Shown here: piece after piece, positions 1 through 11,869 of the stretch
How the letters are laid out: each line of letters begins with the position of its first letter
How positions within the stretch are numbered: the first letter of the stretch is position 1
Source of the DNA: Callorhinchus milii
Lineage: Eukaryota
Direction of reading: 5' to 3'
Length of the DNA: 64,000 nt
Assembly: GCF_018977255.1 (NCBI RefSeq)
Contig: NW_024704743.1
Location: forward strand, 50,160,001-50,224,000
Program-made: the position numbers and the translations under genes
Notes under the pieces: generated by a model
Told to the model about the DNA's origin: nothing
The model's database searches: none
The model's input: the letters and a program-made list of their open reading frames with translations, nothing else

Positions 1-143
1 TGTAATATGAGGATTTCAATTTGGATGTCAGTGGTTGAGTACAAAAGTTAATTATGCATTTCTAGAATTGTTCAACCAGATTTTAGGTACAATACAGTCA
101 ACACTTCTTACTGGGTGATTCCAACATTGAACTGCTTGATCTT

Positions 144-210
144 TCAATACAGGAATGGTATTAAAGCCTTTCTTGATGTTGGGTAATCTTCAAACTTTTC
201 CAGATACCAC
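144..210 (-). CDS. SRD5A1: SRD5A1 coding exon 5 (terminal)
   Basis: WYLEKFEDYPTSRKALIPFLY*, with TGA at 146-144 and a CAG acceptor. The five exons sum to 819 nt (272 aa + stop). Confidence 0.96.
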
Positions 211-1625
211 CTGCAATTAAATATAAAAATACATATTGTTTGTGATATTTGTTTCAGAATTTCAAAATAGTCAGTTTTCTATTTTTAATTCAACACCAGC
301 TTCTGTGGAGTTAGATTACTTTACATATCACAATTTTGCTTTTAGGTGTATTTAAATAAAATGCTACATTTCGTGTCTGGTTATACAATCAATATTTATT
401 AAGCTCAATAAGTAACAAATATACAACTACAACTTGCATTTATGCATCACCCATCATGAGGGGTAGCGTCTAATCATTTAACCATGGCAGAGCTTGAGGC
501 CGAGCTGGCGAGAAATGGGAGGTGTCTGTGTCATGTCAAAGAGATCAGCGTTCAGGTGCATGGCTACAGTATGGCTATTTCGAAATCAACACTTTTGAAA
601 ACTACAGAGAACCACTTTCAAAACAAAGCCTGAATTTCAGAATTGTCCAAAGGGTATATGTTCTGAATGCTAAGAAAAAAAAGTCTGAGACTAGACTAAG
701 GTGAAGTTTCTGTACCCCAGAGATGTCTGAATAGAGGCATAAAGACACATGGTCTCACAGTTGTTTTCGATTGAGCTATTTGGCCTCTGCTGGAACTGAG
801 GTACAACAAATTGATGTTGAATGGCTGTCAGTACATCAGCACAGCAGTAATCTACTTAAGTGGTTCAGATGACAAAGATTGATTGAGGCATTCCAGCAAA
901 TTGTTCATTAACAAAAGACATCACTACTAGTATCGGTGGATTAACATATAGCATTTATTTTTTAAAAAATATAATTTACGTTTAGCAATTAAAGAATATC
1001 ACATCTGTGACACACTTCTCAGGAACAGGCAGTTGTGAATTGCTCAAAAAATTCACTGTCCGTATACAACAGTCATGAAGCTTGTCCTTAAATGAATTAG
1101 TAATTTCCCTAAATTCCTCAAAGGATCATTTGCTGGTCTTACTTATTGTGATTAAGCTAACTGTGTTTTAAAATTCACTCCTGTGAAGTGCTTTGAATCG
1201 TTCTCCAAACATGAAAGGAGCTGCACTGAAACCCCAGCGAGCCTAGCCAAGGTGGTGAGAGCTCCGGTCCAGACAGACAGAGATTTCTGCTAATTGGAAT
1301 TAAATGCCGATACAGGCATTTACTGCCTTTTTTTGGAACTGGCTTTTTTCAGTGTCAAAAATGCTGGTAAACACTGGTACCAACATTGTGATTGTTTGAA
1401 TCTCGCTAGCAAAAGGTAGAAAATAAGGAATCTTCTGCTCGCGGAATTAAAATTGAATTCGATATCCCTGGCCAATGAAGACCAGCAGACTGTGAGGCAG
1501 TGGTGGGTGTGGATGCCAGGAGGGTGTCCGGCAGGAGACTACAACAACACAATTACATTTATAAAGTGCCTTTATACGTCGGGAGGACGTCCCAAAGCGC
1601 TAACTTGGGTCTCGCCCAGGTCTTC

Positions 1626-1792
1626 ATTATATATAATATATATTTTATATACATATTTAATATATATATATTTTATATACATATTTAATATATATATATT
1701 TAATATATATTTGATATATATTATATATTATATATAAATATATATATTATATATAAATATATATATTATATATAATACATCTATATATATTT
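1626..1792. repeat. (TA)-rich low-complexity tract
   Basis: Almost pure A/T, degenerate (TA)n. Confidence 0.9.
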
Positions 1793-2413
1793 TAGTGTTC
1801 TTAGTTTCAGACCTGGTCCAACTAGGTCCAAGTTCTGGATATCTGGAGAAGCCAGGGATTTACTTCATACCAAATGTAAGGATTATTATTATTTCCTGCA
1901 CATAGTTAAATGAAGGCTACCCCATTAGCATTGCTGCAATGAGATTATGGGCGCATCCCAAATTATAGCATTCAGAACCTAATACTAGAAACCCAAAGGA
2001 AAGTAAGGTTCTATATAAAATGCGTTTGTTATCGGGCTAAATGGGAGGTATCTAATGGGAGACAACTCAGACGGTGTACCATAAGAATTGGGATCACTAC
2101 TGTTTATGCATTTTGGACACAATTTACAGCTGACAATCAAAGGTGTCTAGATTTGAAGACAACACCAAATCCAAATTATGAACAAAATAGATGTGCAGAA
2201 TCATCTGGAGAAGCTGGGAATTTAGGCAGAAAGTTGGCAGGTGCAGTTTATATAACAGAAATGTAAAATTCCAGGATTTAACAGAAAAAAGGGTCAGGTG
2301 AAATATATACAAAATAAGAATGTTCTTGAGATTATCTGAATAAGAAAGAGGTTTTGGTAATACAGAAGGGCAAGATTCAACCTTCCCTCGTCTGTTTGGA
2401 TTTATAAACGCTG

Positions 2414-2699
2414 TTTTGCAAGCGAGAGACCCGAGTTCAATTCCAGGCAGGACGAAACCTTGGGCAAGTTTCCTTACTCCACACGCCAAATAATAATCCC
2501 TCCAAAAAAACAATAATAGAATTGGTCATTTTCAATCTACGATTGTTTGTGGGACATTGCTGTGCGCAATTGGCTGCCGCGTTCGCCCACAAATATACAG
2601 TCAATTCACTTTACAGTGTATTCTGTGAAGCGCTTTGGGACGTCCTCCTGACGTGAAAAGCGCAATATCAAATGCAAGGATTATTATTATTATTATTAT
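2414..2699 (+). mobile_element. Same tRNA-SINE, 5'-truncated copy
   Basis: Near-identical to the reverse complement of 56331-56625. Confidence 0.9.
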
Positions 2700-3553
2700 A
2701 ATTTAACTTGACCTAACCGAGAACAACTGAAACACAGTTTATTTTTGAGACCTCAGATCTTTCGGTTGTGACTGCTCTAGGATCTTGCTCTAAACAGGAT
2801 GATGAAGAATTCCAGAAAGTTTACATTCAAACTGTTCAACACAATTTCAATATCAAGTCAATTAACCCAACTATAGTATCTAACAAGGCAATTAGACAAC
2901 AGATTTTGGATTAGTGAATTGATGGAAGGAAGTGACACCGGTTAGTGCGTGAAAGACACCACTTAACTTAGAATCATTGCAGATGTGAAAAAAAAGCTTT
3001 ATAAAGATTGTTCTCATTAGTGAAAACTGAAATGCACTGTGTCTCTGCAAGGTGGAATATTCTGTAGGTTGTTTGGGGTTTGGATCCAAACACAGACCAT
3101 ATGTCAATATTTTCTTTTTCAATGTCATGAATCATCACCTCCAAGAATTTCAGAGAGAGCAACAAAGCCCACATAACAGCAAGATTAGCAGCATTATCTT
3201 ATTCATTTGATTTTTAAACCACACAATCACAATCTAAAAGGCCCTGTGAAGCATTAGAAAGGAACACTAGTTTGTTTGGTTGTTGAAAGTATGAAATCCC
3301 TTTCCATCTCCGTCCACCTCCACACACATTCCTATTCCAGCCAGTCAGAAAATTACTTGCTCTCAGGCCTCTGCAAATGCTGCTCTTCAGTTAGCGGCAA
3401 AAAGATTTTTGCTTCACAGGATAAACTGTAAAGTATATTGACTGAGTATTTTGTAAGCAAAATATAGAGCACGTACTTCAGAATCGACTGTGGATATTCA
3501 CTTCGTACATAAACCAATTTGAATCATCCAAAATTAAACTGGATTAAAGTTAC

Positions 3554-3704
3554 CTGTGATGTTGCGAAGCACGAGAAATAAGAACCATAAATGTAAACAC
3601 AGCAAACGCTGCACTTGGCAGCGACCAGCAAGCTATGGCAAATCCTGTCCATTCCACGATCTCTCCAAGAAAATTAGCACCAGTTACGTATTCAAACATT
3701 CCTC
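3554..3704 (-). CDS. SRD5A1: SRD5A1 coding exon 4 (151 bp)
   Basis: GMFEYVTGANFLGEIVEWTGFAIACWSLPSAAFAVFTFMVLISRASQHH with TAG acceptor and GTAAC donor. Confidence 0.96.
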
Positions 3705-3840
3705 CTATAAAACATCAGAGGCATTAAATTTTACAAAGTCAACAATAATCCTTTCTTTCAAATCATAAGGGCCTAACAGATGGTGTATATGTGTGTGTAT
3801 GTATGTGAAAGGAAGAGAAGAAAATCGAAACGTCACTTAC

Positions 3841-3942
3841 CCCTTGGGATCTTATATCCTGTTTCTCCAGGTTTACGCAAGTTTCTGAGGATGTGGTCAG
3901 AAGTAACATTGAGTAACAATCCAGAAAGCCACACTGCCAAAC
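3841..3942 (-). CDS. SRD5A1: SRD5A1 coding exon 3 (102 bp)
   Basis: GLAVWLSGLLLNVTSDHILRNLRKPGETGYKIPRG with AG/GTAAG boundaries. Confidence 0.96.
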
Positions 3943-4959
3943 CTTAGAACAAGAAATTGCATTTAATGTTATTTCATCAAATTGCTCAACTGCTCAGTTT
4001 CCATTTTTCACTTGAGAATGAAACCTACTAGAAGCAGCAAATAGACAAATAAATTTGTGGGAAAAAAACATTCAACTGGCAACAGTATGTTTTGTTAAGA
4101 AACATGGAATAGCCAACAAGGGAATATAACAGTTGTAGTTGGCTTCAAGTAAGGCACTGAAGAAAAGTACAGGTTAATAGAACCAAATACTTGTAATGTT
4201 GCAATGCTTGGAGCCAATAATATATCTTTATTGGGGCTAGCAGAGTACAATAAATTGTTTAGCAGACATCCCTTTATTTTCAGTTAAGTAACCCAAAATG
4301 ATGTACCTGTGCATTCTGTGACCTGCATTTTTATGTACCCTATGAAGTAGATTCTGTGAAGGTCTTTGAGATTCCATTCCAACATGAAAAGCACAGTTGA
4401 ATGTAAGGATTATTATTATTATTTTATAGTATCACCCAAAACAAGTAAACAAACTGCTCAATGAAATTTGATGAAAGGTACAATTCCTGATAAATATGAA
4501 AATGAATAGGAAACATAAACCCGTTGCATAAAATGTACCATCCAGCTCATTGTGTCTGTGTCACTGTTAATTATCTTTCGAAATCACCCTCTTTTATTAT
4601 TAATCACACTTTTCAGCATTTTGTCCCCTCATTTCCCATTTATAAAAACACAGAAAATTAAATTAAGAGCGAAAACAAAAATGATGCCCACAGACCCTTA
4701 CTTGTATAATAGAAACATGCTAAATTCTTAAAGATATAATTTAAACAGCTTCTGACCAGGCGTGTAAGGACACCACCATCAGCGCTCACGTCGTGAATAA
4801 TTCTGCAAGAAATTACTTTGCTGTTTCATTTTTACTCTACTGAAATTAATTTGTGAGTAACGGTAAAATTAATCATACCAAGAATCATCCGATAACATCT
4901 GATAGTGTGCTATTCATTGAAGACCTGGCTCACACGGTTGAGAACATTCTTACACCTCT

Positions 4960-5340
4960 AAGTCTCATTAACAATCCAGTTAACACAATGGCTTGGTTTA
5001 CTACAACCCTGGCCGGCTTTGTCAGGTCATCTTCTTGGAAGCATTTCAACCCCAACGAGATCCAAATTGAATGCATGTCGGGCATCACATCTGATCTATG
5101 TGCCCTGTAGACATCCCTGACACCTCTTCGTACTAATGTTCAACCTTATTGCTTTTCTCTGTACTGTCTCTGGAGTATAGGCAGCCAACTTATATCAGAG
5201 TGGGCACAACAGTCTGACCAAGGTGCTGTAAGGCTTGAGCAAACTTGTGAATTGAACTCAGTTGATTTGGCAATGTAGCCCAACATCTTGTTTGTCCCAT
5301 TTATTGTTGCCTCATACTATTTAGATATGTTGAACAACAA
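4960..5340 (-). mobile_element. Old CR1 fragment
   Basis: Minus strand resembles the CR1 ORF2 C-terminal region (ANKMLGYI..LYSTLVR..-like), heavily decayed. Confidence 0.5.
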
Positions 5341-7124
5341 GTTAGTTTGTACCCTCAAGCCTCTTTGAACTTTCCCATTGGGCAATTTCTGTCCCTTGAT
5401 TTGAACTGCCGTAGTATCAGGTTACACTTATTTCACAACACACTAAAAAGGAAAAAAAATATTTTTAACACAAAATTGCACAAAAAATTATCTGCATACT
5501 GTATTCACCTAATAATTCAACCACGTTAGGTGGACGTGGTTCAAATGGACAAGTCGTTCGTACTTTAGAACCCCTTAAACGTAGTTTGAGTTGCCCTCCA
5601 CTTATTGCCTGAGCTTAAAAAAATCCACCATCAGAACTGATTTGCTACTCTGCATTCCATTCGCTACGAAAATGTTTTCCACAATGTTCGCAGCCTGACG
5701 GTTCAGCATTCCCGCATTCAATCTCCTGTTCAGCATTCTGAACATTAGTTCTACTTGCGTGCTATTTTTTTTTTAAACACGGGTAAGAAGACGGCTTTGC
5801 TCTCGGCACAGCAAAAACCACCAGCAAAAATGTACCACAAGTGCAAACATTTGATTTGTGTCTGGTCCCAATGCTGTTACAACACTCCTAATTTGGAAGG
5901 TGGGGGGAGGGTTGGTGCCATGCTTCAAACTGTAGAGGCTCTTGTCTGATTAGACATTCAACAAAAGCAGCGTGCAGATTCCATGCCAGTAAGTGTTTGC
6001 TCCGTTTTTCAATAAACCTCTGGCAGTCACGGACGCTGAACTGTAAGGTTTACTCAAGCCTGAAGGTGTTCTTTGGCCTCAATTGGAAGCCAACATACAC
6101 TGAGGAATCAAAATCATTAATGCTGTAAATTCAGAGAGATTCACACAAGCATTTTAAGTCAAATATTTATAAAATTTTTAACATTTATCTTTAAAATTCT
6201 CCCCAGTTTTGACAACTTGCTTACACATCACTGCAATACATATTACATAGCATATAGGCTGTGAACAAATGTGTTTATATGTGCTATATTAAATGCAAGG
6301 ATTGTTAGGGAAGAATTATACTTTTATATCACCTTATCATGTAAAAATGTCTCAAAGAACTTCACAGTAATTACCATCAAGTGATGTGAATCTTTTGTAG
6401 GCTAAATAGTGGTGTCAAAAGCAAAATTCAGCAACAGACAAAAGATATAGCCATCTATGTAAGACGTAGGCTGACTGCCTACCCAAAGCCTTCCTCCTCC
6501 TCACACCAGATTAGTACTTTTACCATCACTACACGAAGGATAGGAACTGTCAGCGACCATTATGTTTGCTCACTTCTTGTGCTTCTGCCTTTGACCTACA
6601 CACTGGTCAGTTTTAGCAGCAGGTGATTAAACCCCTGAATGTACAGAATCACTTATAAAAGCTGCTCTATATCAGCCAACAATATTAAAATTAAAGAGCT
6701 TTCTTTCTGCTACAACCTGCAACAATAAAGGGGAAACACAGAACTCTATTGATTTTAATCAACTCCTTCCCTTAGTGATCATGTTGATTGCATTTCTTAA
6801 GCGCTCCGAGACACCGACCGGCGTGAAGGGCACCATGTAAATGCAAGTTGTTGTTTTTATGTATAAATGTCTGGAGAGCATATTACAGTATTAAATTTGA
6901 AACCTTGGCAGACTAACTTGGTATCTGTGATGCGCCACCTGCTGTTGTAATAAAATGTTGTCAGCTGTTAGCCAGACCCACTGTGTCAGATTCCTCCGAC
7001 ATCAGTTTTGGTGAATTTGCTGGAAAGGGAAAAATAATGTGATCCATTTTATACTGAGCAAGTTAACAAGCTGTAAATAAAAACATTACTGGATTGTACT
7101 TCTGCCACCTCAGCTTCATAATGA

Positions 7125-7530
7125 TAATAATAAAAATCCTTACATTAGATATAGGGAATTTCACACCAGGAGAACGTCTCAAAGTGCTTCACAGAACAAA
7201 CTGTAAAAATGTAGTGACATGTATTTTGTGGAAAGACACAGTAATTTGCACCAGGAACTGAATGTTCATTCTGGGGATTGTTGGCCTCAACACCAGGAGA
7301 AACTCCCTTCTCTTTTTAAATATTTTCTTGGGACTTTAACATTCACCTGAACAGATAGACAGTACCTCAGTTTAATGTCTCATCCAAAAGATGGCACCTC
7401 CAGCAACGCAGCACACAGCTCAAACTACATTGGAGTGTCAGCATTGACTATATGGGTTTAAAATCCCGACATGCGGCTTGAACCCACAACCTTCTGACTC
7501 AGAGGCGAGAGTGCTACAAACTGAGCCAGA
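7125..7530 (-). mobile_element. Deu-type SINE copy in SRD5A1 intron 2
   Basis: TTTAATGTCTCATCCAAAAGATGGCACCTCC...TTGAACCCACAACCTTCTGACTCAGAGGCGAGAGTGCTAC...CTGAGCCA. Confidence 0.75.
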
Positions 7531-7605
7531 CCGATGTATGGCTGGTCCGCTCAGTCCTTCATTCCTCCCCCAAACAAATGTTTTAAAAAAGCAAATTAAG
7601 ATTAC

Positions 7606-7772
7606 CTGTGAGGAAACGTGGGTCAGTTATCCAATCTGCTGGGTAAATAGCAAACCTGCTTAGGTATCTGCCCTGCAGATATCCATTATAAACGCAAAAT
7701 GTGAACGCCAATATAAATGGAATAAAAGGTGTTGCCTTTCCTCCTCTAATTAAAAAGGGGAACATAAATGCC
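7606..7772 (-). CDS. SRD5A1: SRD5A1 coding exon 2 (167 bp)
   Basis: ALMFPFL-type start (AFMFPFLIRGGKATPFIPFILAFTFCVYNGYLQGRYLSRFAIYPADWITDPRFLT), including the NGYLQ motif. Acceptor TTTTCAG and donor GTAAT are in frame. Confidence 0.96.
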
Positions 7773-8214
7773 CTGAAAAAAAATAGAAAATGTTGATTTT
7801 TTTTTAAAGAAACAAAAAAATACACAGAACAGTGTATAACAGCACGTCATATTTAAGAATGTTTGAATAGGTTGTCCACCACTGGAATGCCAGAAATCCG
7901 TGCTGTGGGAATGATTTGTTTTTCATAATTTTATTTTGGCATCAGTAACATTTAAACCGCTCTATTTCATTTTCTCGCTATCTATCGCATTTCTGATTAG
8001 TACAGCTCTGAGTTAATGGGAACCCAGTGTAGAAAACGAATTAAAATTGATCCAGAAACAAATATCTTTAACTAAATTTTGTTAAACAATATTAATTATA
8101 CTGCTAGCTAACCCACATACAACAACAACTTGCATAAACATAGTGCCATTCACATGGGGTAGTGTCTTGGAATCCTTAACATTGGTGGAGCCTAACGCTA
8201 ACCGGGGAAGCAGG

Positions 8215-9579
8215 GAGGTGTGTGTGTGGGGTGTGTGGGGTGGGGGGGGGTGGGTGGGGTGTTGGGTGTGTGGGGTGGGTGGTGTGTGTGGGTGGGAGGG
8301 GGTGGGGGGTGGGGGGAGAGGGGGGTGTGGGGGTGTGGGGTGTGTGGGGTGGGGGGGAGAGGGGGGTGTGGGGTGTGTGGGGTGGGGGGGAGAGGGGGTG
8401 TGGGGTGTGTGTGGGTGGGAGAGGGGGGTGTGGGGGGGAGAGGGGTGGGGTGGGGGGGTGTGGGGTGTGTGGGGTGGGGGGGAGAGGGGGGTGTGGGGTG
8501 TGTGTGGGTGGGAGAGGGGGTGTGGGGGGGAGAGGGAGGTGTGGGGGGGGGTGTGGGGTGGGGGGTGTGTGGGGGTGGTGGTGTGTGTGTGGGGGTGGAG
8601 AGGGGGTGTGGGGGGGAGAGGGGTGGGGTGGGGGGGTGTGGGGTGTGTGGGGGTGGTGGTGTGTGTGTGGGGGTGGAGAGGGGGGTGTGGGGGGGAGAGG
8701 GGTGGGGTGGGGGGGGGTGTGGGGTGGGGGGGTGTGTGGGGGTGGTGGTGTGTGTGTGGGGGTGGAGAGGGGGGTGTGGGGGGGAGAGGGGTGGGGTGGG
8801 GGGGTGTGGGGGTGTGTGGGGGTGGTGGTGTGTGTGTGGGGGTGGAGAGGGGGGTGTGGGGGGGAGAGGGGTGGGGGTGGGGGGGGGTGTGGGGTGGTGG
8901 TGTGTGTGTGGGGGTGGAGAGGGGTGTGGGGGGGAGAGGGGTGGGGTGGGGGGTGTGGGGGTGTGTGGGGGTGGTGGTGTGTGTGTGGGGGTGGAGAGGG
9001 GGGTGTGGGGGGGAGAGGGGTGGGGTGGGGGGGGTGTGGGGGTGTGTGGGGGTGGTGGTGTGTGTGTGGGGGTGGAGAGGGGGGTGTGGGGGGGAGAGGG
9101 GTGGGGTGGGGGGGTGTGGGGGTGTGTGGGGTGGTGGTGTGTGTGTGGGGTGGAGAGGGGGTGTGGGGGGGAGAGGGGTGGGGTGGGGGGGGGGTGGGGG
9201 GTGTGTGGGGTGGTGGTGTGTGTGTGGGGGTGGAGAGGGGGGTGTGGGGTGTGTGTGGGGTGGGGGGGGTGTGGGGGGGAGAGGGGTGGGGTGGGGGGGG
9301 GTGTGGGGGTGGGGGGGTGGTGTGTGTGTGGGGTGGAGAGGGGGTGTGGGGGGAGAGGGGTGGGGTGGGGGGGTGTGGGGTGGGGGGGTGTGTGGGGGTG
9401 GTGGTGTGTGTGTGGGGGTGGGGGGGGGTGTGGGGTGTGTGTGGGGGTGGAGAGGGGGTGTGGGGGTGGAGAGGGGGGTGTGGGGGGAGAGGGGGGTGTG
9501 GGGTGTGTGTGGGGGTGGTGATGTGTGTGTGGGGGTGGAGAGGGGGCTGTGGGGGGGGTGAGGGGGTGGGGAGGGGGGG
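8215..9579. repeat. G/T-rich low-complexity minisatellite at the start of SRD5A1 intron 1
   Basis: About 1.35 kb of GTGTGGGG / GGAGAGGGG / GGTGGT modules with almost no C on the + strand. Confidence 0.95.
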
Positions 9580-9600
9580 CCATGCGCGCAGCCTCCTTAC

Positions 9601-9932
9601 CTGTGGATGTAGTGGATGGTGAACATGCTCAGGAGCACCAGGTTGGGCCGCTGCAGGGAGGAAGCGCTGCCCGCGCTGCAGAGCCCCAGGTAGAGCGGCA
9701 GGACCATGGCCGGGGCCTCCTGCACGCACCAGGCGAGCTTCACGTGGACCGGGAAGCCGAACTTCCTGGAGGCGAACCGGCCGTAGGGCAAGTCGACGAA
9801 CTGCAGGAGCAGGAAAGCCGCAGCGCCCGTGAGGATCATGAGCCACGACAGGCGCCGCAGCAGCAGCAGCTCACCGTCCCCGCCCGCCGGGCCCAGGAAG
9901 CCCGGGGCGGACAGGCAGCAGCAGCAGCACAT
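9601..9932 (-). CDS. SRD5A1: Steroid 5-alpha-reductase 1, coding exon 1
   Basis: ATG at 9932-9930 gives MCCCCCLSAPG...LPYGRF...LAWCVQEAPAMVLPL...NLVLLSMFTIHYIHR, matching the SRD5A YGR / AWxxQExP / HYxHR motifs. Donor AG|GTAAG at 9601/9600. Confidence 0.95.
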
Positions 9933-10027
9933 CGCTCGCACCGGGGCTGCCAATGGTGACCGCGCGCGGAGACGGCGGCGACACCGCGGCTCCTGACACC
10001 CACCGCCCCCACCGGGAGGGCGGGGGG

Positions 10028-10610
10028 AGGGGCTTCACCCGGGGATTGACGCGAAAGGCGACCAATCGGAAGCGGGGCCTCCCGGGGGGGAGGGGCTTCA
10101 CCCGGGGATTGACGCGAAAGGCGGCCAATCGGAAGCGGCGCCTCCCGGGGGGGGCGGGCGGGGGCTTCACCCGGGGGTTGGCGCGAAAGGCGACCAATCG
10201 GAAGCGGCGCCTCCTGGGGGGGCGGGCGGGGGCTTCACCGGGGGTTGACGCGAAAGGCGGCCAATCGGAAGCGGGGCCTCCGGGAGGGCGTGGGGGAGGG
10301 TGGTTCACCCGGAGATTGACGCGAAAGGCGGCCAATCGGAAGCGGGGCCTCCGGGAGGGCGTGGGGCAGGGTGGTTCACGCGGAGATTGACACGAAAGGC
10401 GGCCAATCGGAAGCGGCACCTCCCGGGGGCGGGCGGGGGCTTCACCCGGGGGTTGACGCGAAAGGCGGCCAATCGGAAGCGGGGCCTCCGGGAGGGCGTG
10501 GGGGAGGGTGGTTCACGCGGAGATTGACACGAAAGGCGGCCAATCGGAAGCGGCGCCTCGGCCAGAGGAGGCGGGGCGGCTGTGATTGACCGGGAGTCGG
10601 GCCAATCGCT
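10028..10610. repeat. Promoter minisatellite: 8 full + 1 degenerate units of 62-71 bp
   Basis: Core TTCACCCGGRGRTTGACGCGAAAGGCGRCCAATCGGAAGCGG, with CCAAT at about 10062, 10125, 10194, 10261, 10332, 10403, 10469, 10540 and 10602. Confidence 0.95.
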
Positions 10611-10813
10611 GGCCGGGCCGGACCCGGGCGCGTCATGTGGAGAGCAGCGGCGGGTCGGGTGGTGTGTGTGAGCGGCCGCAGAGAGGTCACCCACTGCACT
10701 GCACTGCACTCCTCGCCACTGTGTCTCGGGGAGTCCCCAAGAACTCGGCCCGGATTTGCTGTCAGTTTAGTGGCTGTACGTTCGGTCCACACCTTCCTCC
10801 ACTTGACGCCATT

Positions 10814-11128
10814 ACGATAATATTCCTTGCGTTTGAGGTGGCGCCAAAAGCGCTTCACAGAATACGCTGCAAAGTGAAGTGACCGCGCACTTTGTGGGCG
10901 AAACGCGGCAGTCAATTCGCACAGAGGTGTCCCACAAACGGTCATGGATTGAGTGACCGCATTTTTCCCAAGTGATTGTTACACCCGGAAAGGCCATCCG
11001 CCATTGACTAACAACAGGGTTCCTACTCACTGCTGGGTAAAGGGCGGCGTGTGGGCGTAAGGAAACTTGCCCAACATTTCTCCCTCCCGGGAATCGAACC
11101 CAGGTCCTCTCGTTTGCGAGGCGAGCGC
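10814..11128 (-). mobile_element. tRNA-SINE, longer subfamily, abutting the SRD5A1 CpG island
   Basis: Minus strand has B box GGTTCGATTCC and the family body and tail. Confidence 0.8.
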
Positions 11129-11869
11129 TTGTGGAAAGTGTGGGAATGTTGTTCATCTTTGGGCAATGTCGTTCATCTTTGGGCAATCGCAAAAGTTTCA
11201 GAATAGGCAAAGGCAATGAGACAAAACATGTTTTCGCATTTGGTGTAAGCTCAGCTTTGTTTTGGTTTGCAACTGTCGATGTATATGTTATTGTGCTAAG
11301 GAACCCGGGACCCATATCTCTTTTTCTGAAAGAAACAGACATCCAATTATGGGAAAATGGAACCTGTATAAAAGTCAGATGTTTTTATCTGGTGTGCAGT
11401 GTGGGGAGCAGTATCTTGAGAGAGTTGTTGCTACCGCTCTGCACCTCATATGAAATAAAGCGTTTTTTGGATGTTTACCGCACTGACTCCGTGTTGAGTT
11501 TTTCAGGTCTTTAAGAGCAATCGCACATCGCAATCGGGATTTTAACATGCTCTAACCATTATTATGGTTTGGTGAAGAAACATTGAGCTGAAGGTCCTTC
11601 TTCATCTGAATTTCACTTGTGATCTTTTCACTCCTGACTGATTAAAAAAAAATCCTAAAGTATGACCAGAGATCTTGCACTACAAATCGTAAACCTCAAA
11701 TGGGAAATCATTATAACGCTGCAATGCACAGCTTTTACATTGCCTCACACTGACCTTTACTGAATTTTGTTTTAGGTGTACGCACACTGATGGATCGAGC
11801 CACGTAACCAACACTTAATAGTTTTTCAAACTACATTTCAAATTCTATTCATGGATATGCAATTTCGCA

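Larger units (their letters stand above)
9575..10760. promoter_or_regulatory. CpG island covering SRD5A1 exon 1 and promoter
   Basis: Very GC- and CpG-dense relative to the AT-rich flanks; contains GC boxes (GGGCGG) and repeated CCAAT. Confidence 0.85.

Noticed and set aside
8143..9846. Several 430-556 aa ORFs (Gly/Val/Trp/Cys-rich or Pro/His/Thr-rich)
   Set aside because: They arise from a stop-free G/T minisatellite in SRD5A1 intron 1 and are open in many frames on both strands.
9933..9953. ORF-track start MAAPVRA for SRD5A1
   Set aside because: It begins at TTG, not ATG. The first in-frame ATG is at 9932.
10028..10610. CRISPR-like appearance (conserved ~40-bp core with variable linkers)
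   Set aside because: The linkers are related G-rich sequences rather than unique spacers, there are no cas genes, and the context is a vertebrate CpG island.
9871..10945. Arg/Gly-rich repetitive ORFs (e.g. FTRGLTRKAANRKR repeats)
   Set aside because: Translations of the promoter minisatellite. Unit lengths are mostly not multiples of 3, so frames shift between units.
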